A stretch of 39,080 nt of DNA, from contig JBBEBM010000015.1 in the NCBI GenBank assembly GCA_040882355.1, forward strand, positions 1-39,080, in the 5' to 3' direction. The notes under the pieces were generated by a model. That model was given only the letters and a program-made list of their open reading frames with translations, searched no databases and was not told where the DNA came from. A program made the position numbers and the translations under genes. Positions 17,652-25,306 of this stretch are shown here, piece after piece (the first letter of the stretch is position 1; each line of letters begins with the position of its first letter). The DNA comes from Dehalococcoidia bacterium. Lineage in GTDB: Bacteria > Chloroflexota > Dehalococcoidia > DSTF01 > RBG-16-68-14.

Positions 17652-18878
17652 ATGTCCCTGGAGATCCGACCGATCACCGACGAAGAGATCGAGCGCAGCG
17701 TGTTCATCGCAGCGTACTCGTTCAACAACGCGGAACGCCGCGACCTGCCCGCCGCGGTCGAGCGCGACCGCAAGTTCTTCCCGAACGACTGGTCGCTCGC
17801 GTCGTTCGAGGACGGCGAGATGACCGCCTTCCTGCGCGTGATCCCGTTCGCCATGCGCATCAACGGGCGCGGCCTCTCTTTCGGCGGCGTGGGGCCCGTA
17901 GTCTCGTCGCCGGAGCACCGGCGCAAGGGCCACGTCGGCGCATTGTTATGTCGAGCACTCGCCGACATGCGCGAACGCGGCCAGGTGCTCTCCGGCCTAC
18001 ACACGCCCCACCCGTCGCTCTACCGGCGTTACGGTTGGGAGATCGCGACACAGCAGCGACTGTACAAGTTCGCGCCCAAAGAGATCGAGCTGGCCGCGCA
18101 GCCGTCCGAGCGCGGCCGCTTCCGTCTGCTCTCGCCGGACGATTGGGCGCAGGCCGACCGTGTCTACCGCCAGCACTCGGCGAAGCGCAACGGCCCGATC
18201 CACCGCCGCGAGGTCTGGTGGCGCGAGTCGATTTTCTCGGCAAGCCAGCCAACGCCGTCGGATATCGCGCTCTGGGAGAACGGCGCGGGCGAGCCGGAGG
18301 GCTATGTCGTCTACTGGCAGCCCATGCGGGCCGGGCGCGTGCCGGACGAGCCCGCGTTCCTCGTGCGCGAGCTCGTTGCGCTCACCAGTGACGCCTATCT
18401 GAACTTGATCGCGTACATCCTGCGCCACGATCTGCCGAGCGAGATCATGTGGGCCGCGCCTGCCGACGACCCGTTCCGCAGCCTCGTCGGCGACGCAAGC
18501 AAGCTGACGATCGAAGCCGGCGGCAACGACGTGATGCTGCGGATCTGCGACGTCGAGCAAGCCCTGCGCCAGCGCGCGCCCGCCTCGCCGAACCTGGACG
18601 GGAGCGTGACGCTGGAGGTCACCGACAGATCGGCGTCATGGAACCAGGGCACGTGGCGCGTGGAGGTCGCGAATGGCGAGATGCAGGTCGAGAAGTCATC
18701 GGGCGAGGCAGACCTGTCGCTATCCGCGACGACGCTGGCGCCGCTGTACAACGGCTTCCTCTCGCCCAGCGGCGCGGCGCTGGTGGGCCTCGTGCGTGCC
18801 CGTGATGAGGACGCGCTGGCCCGCGCCGATGCGTTCTTCGCCACGCTCTACCCACCGTTCTGCGCGGACGGCTTCTAG
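17652..18878 (+). CDS. eis: Eis-like GNAT acetyltransferase (tandem GNAT plus SCP2-like C-terminus)
   Basis: V.SSPEHRRKG, LYRRYGWE, MLRICDVEQAL, D....WNQG.W, C-terminal PFCADGF. 408 aa. Confidence 0.85.
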   Translation: MSLEIRPITDEEIERSVFIAAYSFNNAERRDLPAAVERDRKFFPNDWSLASFEDGEMTAFLRVIPFAMRINGRGLSFGGVGPVVSSPEHRRKGHVGALLCRALADMRERGQVLSGLHTPHPSLYRRYGWEIATQQRLYKFAPKEIELAAQPSERGRFRLLSPDDWAQADRVYRQHSAKRNGPIHRREVWWRESIFSASQPTPSDIALWENGAGEPEGYVVYWQPMRAGRVPDEPAFLVRELVALTSDAYLNLIAYILRHDLPSEIMWAAPADDPFRSLVGDASKLTIEAGGNDVMLRICDVEQALRQRAPASPNLDGSVTLEVTDRSASWNQGTWRVEVANGEMQVEKSSGEADLSLSATTLAPLYNGFLSPSGAALVGLVRARDEDALARADAFFATLYPPFCADGF

Positions 18879-18890
18879 GGACGCAACTCT

Positions 18891-18975
18891 CCCTCACCCC
18901 AGGCCCTACACGCCTGGCCCATGATTGACAGATCGCCCCTCTCCCGCGACGCGGGAGAGGGGACGGGGGTGAGGG
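18891..18975. repeat. CCCTCACCCC..CCCCTCTCCCGC-GAC-GCGGGAGAGGGG..GGGGTGAGGG element
   Basis: Nested inverted repeats between convergent genes. Same family as 11396-11454. Confidence 0.75.
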
Positions 18976-19049
18976 TGCGCGGACGCAGCCACCAACGATC
19001 AGCTTCTTCGTCGTCGCTGGCTATCGCGATCATGCGGTAGCACGTCGGT

Positions 19050-19856
19050 CTATTGGAACTTGGGGGGACGCTTCTCCATGAACGCCTGCACCGCCTCGGC
19101 GTGGTCGGGGAGGTCGCGCATCTCGCGGATCGAGTAGACCTCCTGCGTGACGACGCGGCGCAGGTTCGCCTCGACCGCGTTCTCGTGGAGGAGGCGCTTC
19201 GCGGCCCAGATCGCCTCGGGCGGGTTGCCCGCGATCTCTTCGGCGAGCGCCATCGCCTCGACCATGAGCTGGCCGGCCGGCACGAGCCGGTCGACGAGGC
19301 CGCGATCCTTCGCCTCGGGGGCGTCGATGATCCGCCCGGTGAGCGCGAGGTAGAGGGCGTTGCTGATGCCCGCGACAAGCGGCAGGTAGCGGGTGCTGCC
19401 GCACTCCGGCGTCAGACCGACCTTGACGAAGCGCGCCGAGAATGTCGCCTGGTCCGAGGCGAGGCGGATGTCGCAGGAGAGCGCCATCGTCAGGCCGATG
19501 CCGATCGCCGGGCCGTTGATCGCCGCGATGACCGGCTTGCCGCGAGTAAGGGCGATCGGCACCTCCGGGCTACCGTCCTGCGCGATCAGCGACGACGTCG
19601 GGCGGCGCTCCTCCCGCTGGCCCATCTCGCTCGACCAGCGGGAGATGTCGCCGCCGGCGCAGAACGCGCGTCCCGCGCCCGTCACGACGAGCGCGCGCAC
19701 CGAGCGGTCGAGCGCCGCCCGATTGACGATGTCGATGAACTCCAACTCCATCGTGGGGGTCCAGGCGTTCAGCTTCTCGGGCCGGTTGAGCGTGATCAGC
19801 CCGATGTGCTCGCGCTGCTCAAACGTGATGTGCTCGTAAGTGGGCGTATCAGGCAT
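19050..19856 (-). CDS. Enoyl-CoA hydratase/isomerase family protein
   Basis: LNRPEKLNA, AFCAGGD, KPVIAAING.AIG.G, GLTPECG. GGAGG RBS before ATG 19856. TGcTACACT at 19899-19891. Confidence 0.92.
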   Translation of the reverse strand: MPDTPTYEHITFEQREHIGLITLNRPEKLNAWTPTMELEFIDIVNRAALDRSVRALVVTGAGRAFCAGGDISRWSSEMGQREERRPTSSLIAQDGSPEVPIALTRGKPVIAAINGPAIGIGLTMALSCDIRLASDQATFSARFVKVGLTPECGSTRYLPLVAGISNALYLALTGRIIDAPEAKDRGLVDRLVPAGQLMVEAMALAEEIAGNPPEAIWAAKRLLHENAVEANLRRVVTQEVYSIREMRDLPDHAEAVQAFMEKRPPKFQ

Positions 19857-19994
19857 GGTTCCTCCGTAAGACGAGTCAAATGGCTGAAGGAGTGTAGCAC
19901 AGCACGACGTGGAGGCCGGCGCACCTGGCAGTCCAAAGTTCCAGTTCTGGGGCTGGCTCCTTCCGGAAGCACCGTGCCACGAGCGGGCACTCTT

Positions 19995-20068
19995 GCTGCA
20001 CCCCAGAGAGGATATTCTAGCTGCACCCCAACAGAGGGCTTGACAAGGAAGCCGAGGCGGGGTACCCT
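19995..20068 (+). promoter_or_regulatory. Island promoter with upstream direct repeat
   Basis: GCTGCACCCCA at 19995 and 20020. TTGACA (20040-20045), 17-nt spacer, TACCCT (20063-20068). Confidence 0.65.
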
Positions 20069-20110
20069 GTAGCCCACTCAACTGGTCTTCGCACCAAAAG
20101 GCGGTGACCC

Positions 20111-20758
20111 ATGAACCGGCGAATCCCCTTCGTGGCGCTCGGGTTTCTCATTGCCACCGCAGTATTGGCTCTCGTGCTCACCGATGCCGGCGAGTCGGCA
20201 CAGCCTCCGCTTCAGGAGATCCAGGATGCGCTCGACGAAGACGCGGCTCTGGGGAGGTTCAGCGGCAGACTAGGTGACTTCATGGTCTATCGCGCCGTCG
20301 ACGGCAAAGGGCCGGCCGAAGCGGAGGTCTTTGGTTGTCCAGCGGAGGGCGGACGAACACCTCCAGTCACGGACGAAGCCCGTCTGAAGGAGCACGAACT
20401 GTGGTCGGACGCTCTGGGACCAACTGGCATCGGCTGGTCCTGTGAAGGTGAGATCATCCTGGTCAACAATGAAGGTCTTGAAGGCCGGCCTGGCGCTACC
20501 CTGTTAGCAAGGGGCTATATGCCGAGCGTACCCCTGCCTATCGTGCGCGATGCGCCAGCCGAGCGCCTTCAGCAGATTGAAGTGGAAGGCCATCCAGCAC
20601 TCTTGGAACAGCCCAAGAAGGGCTTCCCATACGCCTCTGCGAGCGTGGTGGTGATTGAGCGTTATCCAGACGCGTCAAGGCCCGGCATAGCCGTCTTCGT
20701 TATTGAGGCACCATCCGAGGAGGAAGCCGTCAGACTGGCCGAGGAGCTAATCCCGTGA
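20111..20758 (+). CDS. Exported hypothetical protein, translationally coupled to the M23-like gene
   Basis: Signal/anchor MNRRIPFVALGFLIATAVLALVL, two Cys. Its TGA overlaps the next GTG. Confidence 0.75.
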   Translation: MNRRIPFVALGFLIATAVLALVLTDAGESAQPPLQEIQDALDEDAALGRFSGRLGDFMVYRAVDGKGPAEAEVFGCPAEGGRTPPVTDEARLKEHELWSDALGPTGIGWSCEGEIILVNNEGLEGRPGATLLARGYMPSVPLPIVRDAPAERLQQIEVEGHPALLEQPKKGFPYASASVVVIERYPDASRPGIAVFVIEAPSEEEAVRLAEELIP

Positions 20759-21433
20759 AGAGAGCCGATGTGGCTGCCATCCTGCTCGGCGGAGCGCTCG
20801 CGGTCGCGCTTTTCGCCAGGACAGATTCAGTCGCGATCGCAGTGGGAACCGCACATTGATTTGTTGTTTGCCACAGCCGCGGAAGGCGCCGGGAATCCGC
20901 TGGACTGGTGCACCGGCGTGCGAAATCCGCCGATTCACAACATAGACCGGGCGATCGACGTATTCGGAGACGACTCAGACTCCCTGTGCTACGGGGATGA
21001 GTCGTCCAATACCTTCCTTCGAGCCAGGGGAGTTGGAGGAGGTAGCTCGCATCCGACCATGGGGGTTTGGGCTTGGGGGAACCCCACCAACCCTGGATGC
21101 GACTTCGTTTACATGGGAATGATCGACGTCAACCTTGGCTTACATGGGCAGCTGCGTTATATCCACACGACCAGAACGGTGCCAGAGGAGTTTGGTATGT
21201 GGCTGTACGCAGCACCGAGTCCCGGTACGACCAGGGCATTTGTAATCGGTCAAACTACGAACGACTTCAGCGGCTGCAATTGGGACGGGTATCACGTCCA
21301 TCAAGGTACGCTCACGGACTGCATGGTAGTCAACAGCGCGCTTACCCCGACGACCATCTATAGCGTGTGGCATCCGTATACGTTCGTCAACAAGATCGAC
21401 TATGCGGAGGGCCTCCACCTCTGCGACGGTTAG
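20755..21433 (+). pseudogene. Secreted divergent M23/LytM-like metallopeptidase with a +1 frameshift after the signal peptide (pseudogene or assembly error)
   Basis: GTG 20755 (GAGGAG RBS) encodes MKRADVAAILLGGALAVALFARTDSVA and stops at TGA 20857-20859. The +1 frame (ORF 20768-21433) carries HNIDRAID, RYIH, VIGQT and GYHVHQ in M23 order. Confidence 0.6.
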
Positions 21434-21608
21434 GAGGCCGGCTGCTGTGCCATCAGCAAGACGAACGCCGACGCTAGCCGAGAAAGGAGCGTGGCCGTGG
21501 GCGGTCGAGTCGTTCTGGCCTTCCCAGGCGGATCGTCACGCGGCGAACGAGCCGATTCGCTGTGGGCGAGCAGCGTACTGAGCGGCTGCCCATAGGGAGG
21601 ATCATGCC

Positions 21609-22562
21609 ATGCAAGTTCTCGGACGCTTCGTCATCTTTGCACTGGTCGCCACAATAACTGCGCTTGGAGTTGGCACGCTTTTGGTGGCGACGACTCCACG
21701 GGCTGAGGCCGTGCAGACTACGCCACCACAGTACGCTCACTCATGGTACGTGCACAACGCAAATGCCACGGACTGGTATAACTGGGCGAAGGCCGTCGAT
21801 GGGCCATTTGACAACTCGCACTGCACGAACAGCCTCATAGTCTTGGACTTCGGCCAGCCGCAGAACGTCAACGGCGCCTACGGGACGAACATCTTCAAGT
21901 ACCCGACCCAGTTCGTCAACGTCCTGCAGATCATCTACATCCTGCAGAACTATGCCAGGGGCTGGTATGAGGCAACCAGTTCATGCACAACACTGACGCT
22001 GGTGGCCGGGACCAACAACTTCAACCAGCTTCCGTCCGGCAGCGGCTCCGTCTCCACCGCAGGAAGCATCTGGGCGGACGTTGTCCGAGCCGTTCACGAC
22101 TACCTGATCAGCGCCGGCTACAGCACCCGGATCGCCGCTATAGCGGGCGACGACATTGAACAGGAGTGGGACTGTGCTGACCGCACCCGCCAGTTCGTGG
22201 GCGGCTACAACGGGAACCCGAATGCCACTGACCTCTTCGATTACGGCACAGCATGGAGCGATCCGTGCTGGACGACCAATGACAAATGCTATGTCGCATA
22301 CGGCGCACCGCACGACTACCCCCTCCCGGAGATCTACTTCGAAAGCGCCATGGTCTCCTGGGTGAATCTGCGGCTGTCATGCTTCATGTACTTCTATGGA
22401 GTGATGACCACATGTAATCAGAATGATCCTCTGCCTTCGGACTACTGCACCACTCCCGCCGGCTGGTATGCGCCGACCCTGGCTTGGGCAGCGCTCTATT
22501 GGAACCTGGCAGCATCCGGGGTACCCCAAAACGGCCTCCCTTATGCAACGAACATCAGATAA
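21609..22562 (+). CDS. Secreted Cys-rich protein, possible glycoside-hydrolase-like alpha/beta barrel
   Basis: Signal peptide ending AEA. Strand-like segments LIVLDFGQP, LVAGTNN, AGDDIEQEW, LFDYG, PLPEIY. Eight Cys. AGGGAGG RBS. The function is inferred. Confidence 0.7.
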   Translation: MQVLGRFVIFALVATITALGVGTLLVATTPRAEAVQTTPPQYAHSWYVHNANATDWYNWAKAVDGPFDNSHCTNSLIVLDFGQPQNVNGAYGTNIFKYPTQFVNVLQIIYILQNYARGWYEATSSCTTLTLVAGTNNFNQLPSGSGSVSTAGSIWADVVRAVHDYLISAGYSTRIAAIAGDDIEQEWDCADRTRQFVGGYNGNPNATDLFDYGTAWSDPCWTTNDKCYVAYGAPHDYPLPEIYFESAMVSWVNLRLSCFMYFYGVMTTCNQNDPLPSDYCTTPAGWYAPTLAWAALYWNLAASGVPQNGLPYATNIR

Positions 22563-22583
22563 CTGGAGTCGAGGAGGAGGACC

Positions 22584-23282
22584 ATGCGACGGACCATATT
22601 GGCTGCTCTAGGGGCAGGGCTGACGATTGGGGGAGTGCTCGGGGGCCTGCTCGCGGCCGGGGCCGTGGGGCCCAACGGACCGTCATCGAGCGGCGCCCCA
22701 CCGGAGAACCAGGCGCCGGATGCCTCGGGGCGGAACGGACCGCCCCCTTACAAGCAGACTGTTGAGGCGGCGTACGCGGCTGAACGGGCTACGGAGGAGG
22801 CGGGCTACCAAGCGCCGAAGCCCACGCCGGGCGGCGCACCGCCAACGTTTACCAAGTCCTGCCCCATCGACGAGAGCACGTTGACGCTTGGGGTCTTCGT
22901 GGGAGCTCCCTATCAGCCGCCCCCCGATCCCATCATGCGCAGTATACGCGTGGTGGGAGAAGCCTACGGCGCCGGCGACGACGGGAACCTTTACTCCCTG
23001 TTCTTGGGCGCGCCGACGACCGACCGATTCCAGCCTGACCGGACGTTTGATCCCGAGCAGGGCGTTGTGTTCGTAGTAGTCAGCAGCAGGGACCCCTGCG
23101 CCGACGGAAGCAACCTCCCGGGTTCGCGTCTCAATCTGCAACAGTACCCGCTGCCGTTCAGGAGCGCTCCGGCGCGATTCACGCAGATGGACGGCAACGG
23201 CGTCACGTTTGAGACCGTGGACGGACGCACCGGCCGCTTCAACTTCATCACCGGCGCGTTCTCTCCGGAAGTGGCTCAGTGA
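22584..23282 (+). CDS. Exported/membrane-anchored protein, paralog A
   Basis: N-terminal hydrophobic segment, Pro-rich linker, KSCP/DPCA Cys pair, C-terminal DGNGVTFETVDGRTGRFNFITG. GGAGGAGG RBS. Confidence 0.8.
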   Translation: MRRTILAALGAGLTIGGVLGGLLAAGAVGPNGPSSSGAPPENQAPDASGRNGPPPYKQTVEAAYAAERATEEAGYQAPKPTPGGAPPTFTKSCPIDESTLTLGVFVGAPYQPPPDPIMRSIRVVGEAYGAGDDGNLYSLFLGAPTTDRFQPDRTFDPEQGVVFVVVSSRDPCADGSNLPGSRLNLQQYPLPFRSAPARFTQMDGNGVTFETVDGRTGRFNFITGAFSPEVAQ

Positions 23283-23348
23283 GCACCCTTTAGGCCTGTA
23301 GGGGCGGCTCTCGATCCGCCCCTACACCGCGCTCCGCCGTGAACCCAC

Positions 23349-23424
23349 GCCAAGCGCCCCCAGATCGCGCTGCGAAGGCTGGGGCGCTTGGCAGCTTGAC
23401 AGCCGCGCAATGCGGGTGTACCGT
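23349..23424 (+). promoter_or_regulatory. Internal promoter for paralog B with upstream palindrome
   Basis: GCCAAGCGCCCC (23349-23360) / GGGGCGCTTGGC (23381-23392). TTGACA (23396-23401), 17-nt spacer, TACCGT (23419-23424). Confidence 0.65.
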
Positions 23425-23468
23425 TGCCCCATCTGGCAAGGCGATACTCGCCCGGAGGCGAAGGGCGC

Positions 23469-24197
23469 GTGACTCTCAAGCAACGCGCAGTGCCCAGACT
23501 TCTGCTTGCTCTGGCCGCTGGCCTGACCGTCGGCGGCGTGCTCGGCGGCCTGTTCGCTGCGGGTGCAGTCGGCCCCAACGGGCCGCCATCGAGCAGTGTG
23601 CCGCCGCAGGACCAAGCGCCAGATCCCTCGGGGCGGAGTGGACCGCCGCCTTACAAGCAGACGGTTGAGGCGGAGGAGACGGCGGAACAGGCCACGGCGG
23701 AGGCGGGCTACCACGCGCCGAAGCCGACGCCGGGCGGCGAACCGCCGACGTTTACGAAGTCCTGTCCGATCGACGAAGCGAGCATCCGCACCGGCGTGTT
23801 TGAAGGCACGCCATATCAGCCGCCGCCCGATCCGGAAATGCGCGCCATCCATTTCGTGAGCGAGGCCTTCCCTGGGAGCAGCAGCGACGACGGTATGCTC
23901 TACGGGCTTTACCTCGGTTACCCCGGTTCTTCTCCGTTCTTCCCCGACCGCACGCCGGACCCGGAGCACGGGCTGATCGTGGTGTCAGGTCCTGGCAACA
24001 AGGACCCGTGCGCGGCCGGGGAGCCGCCCGTTCTGCCGGCTACGGCTTCTCGCCTCAATGTCTATCCGCTGCCGTTCAGCGGCACCCCGGCGCGCTTCAC
24101 GAAAATCGACGGCAACGGCGTCACCTTCGAGACGGTCGACGGGCGCACCGGGCGCTTCAACTTCATCACCGGCACGTTCTCTGAGGAAGGGTCGTAG
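23469..24197 (+). CDS. Exported/membrane-anchored protein, paralog B
   Basis: Collinear with paralog A (GPPPYKQTVEA, PTFTKSCPIDE, PYQPPPDP, identical C-terminal 22-mer). Start GTG 23469 or 23490. Confidence 0.8.
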   Translation: MTLKQRAVPRLLLALAAGLTVGGVLGGLFAAGAVGPNGPPSSSVPPQDQAPDPSGRSGPPPYKQTVEAEETAEQATAEAGYHAPKPTPGGEPPTFTKSCPIDEASIRTGVFEGTPYQPPPDPEMRAIHFVSEAFPGSSSDDGMLYGLYLGYPGSSPFFPDRTPDPEHGLIVVSGPGNKDPCAAGEPPVLPATASRLNVYPLPFSGTPARFTKIDGNGVTFETVDGRTGRFNFITGTFSEEGS

Positions 24198-24267
24198 GGG
24201 CGGCTCACGCATCGCGTCCCGTGTCAGGTCGAGGGTCAGCGCGTTCTGCCTGCCTTCTAGCAGCGCA

Positions 24268-24294
24268 AGATTCTTCGCTTCGCTCAGAATGACA
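24268..24294. repeat. REP-like element AGATTCTTCGCTTCGCTCAGAATGACA
   Basis: Exact reverse complement of 12591-12617. Confidence 0.85.
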
Positions 24295-24366
24295 AGGGGG
24301 CAGCGCCAGGCATCCTCAACAGGGCCGATGTTCGGGAGACCGGCGCAGGAGGCCTAAAGGCCTCCC

Positions 24367-25164
24367 CTACTGCTCGTTGAGGGGGCGCTCGCTCTTGAGG
24401 TAGCCGCGCATCAGGCGGGAGGCGTCGTCGGAGCGCATGGTCTGCCAGAAAGCGTTCTGCTCCAGCCGGAGCGCGTCAAGCAGCGGCAGCTCGCTCCCTT
24501 CGAGGACGCACTTCTTGATCAGGGCGACGCTCAGCGGCGGGCGTTTCGCCAGCTCGGCGGCGAACGCCAGCGCTTCGGGCAGGAGCCGCTCCGGCTCGAC
24601 CGCCTTGTGGACGAGGCCGGCGCGCTCCGCCGCCTCCGCGTCGAGGACGTCGCCGAGCAGCATCAGCTCCAGCGCCTTCGCGACGCCGAGCAGCCGCGTC
24701 ATGCGCTGGGTGCCACCGGCGCCGGGCAGGATGCCGACGCGCACCTCCGGCAGGCCGATCACAGCTCCCTTCGCCATGTAGCGGAAGTCGCAGGCGAGGG
24801 CGAGCTCGCAGCCGCCGCCCATCGCTGTGCCGTTGATCGCCGCGATGACCGGCTTGGAGAGCCCCTGGAGCGCGAGCAACGCCTGGTGCGTGCCGTGCAG
24901 CTCGCCCGAGCCGAACGACTCGCGCTCCAGGGCGACGTCGGACGCTCCGGAAAGCTCGCCGACGTCGTAGTGCGTGATGAAGATGCCCTCGACGCCGCCC
25001 GTGAGCACCAGCGCCCGCACGTCAGCGTCCGCATCGACTGCGTCCGTCAGCGCGCGCAGCTCCGCGACCATCGGCGCGTTGAGGAGGTTGCGCGGCGGGT
25101 TCGTCAGCGTCGCGACGAGCGCGGCGCCTTCGCGTCGGGTCTGGATGTACTGGTAATCAGGCAT
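24367..25164 (-). CDS. Enoyl-CoA hydratase/isomerase family protein
   Basis: KPVIAAINGTAMGGGCELALACD, GLPEVRVGILPGAGGTQR (both catalytic Glu present). Confidence 0.93.
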   Translation of the reverse strand: MPDYQYIQTRREGAALVATLTNPPRNLLNAPMVAELRALTDAVDADADVRALVLTGGVEGIFITHYDVGELSGASDVALERESFGSGELHGTHQALLALQGLSKPVIAAINGTAMGGGCELALACDFRYMAKGAVIGLPEVRVGILPGAGGTQRMTRLLGVAKALELMLLGDVLDAEAAERAGLVHKAVEPERLLPEALAFAAELAKRPPLSVALIKKCVLEGSELPLLDALRLEQNAFWQTMRSDDASRLMRGYLKSERPLNEQ

Positions 25165-25180
25165 TCGCCGTCAGGGGGTT

Positions 25181-25270
25181 ATGGCCACAGATGAACACGG
25201 GCACAGATACTGACGAGCCAAGCGTCGTCGGCCACCAAACTCTGTGTTTCATCTGTGTCACTCGGTAGCC
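25181..25270. repeat. CACAGATGAACAC-family MITE/REP-like element
   Basis: 25181-25198 and 25241-25260 are exact reverse complements of 29580-29597 and 29524-29543. Confidence 0.8.
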
Positions 25271-25306
25271 GATCAAGCCACGCTGCGGGAGCCCTAAAGG
25301 GCTCCC

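Noticed and set aside
19857..20081. Upstream extension of the enoyl-CoA hydratase ORF to 20081
   Set aside because: ATG 19856 has a GGAGG RBS and an extended -10. The extension covers the divergent promoter region.
20857..20859. Selenocysteine or read-through at the TGA ending the signal-peptide ORF
   Set aside because: The same frame continues as Arg-rich, non-protein-like sequence and stops again near 21000. The M23-like motifs are in the +1 frame, so a frameshift fits better.
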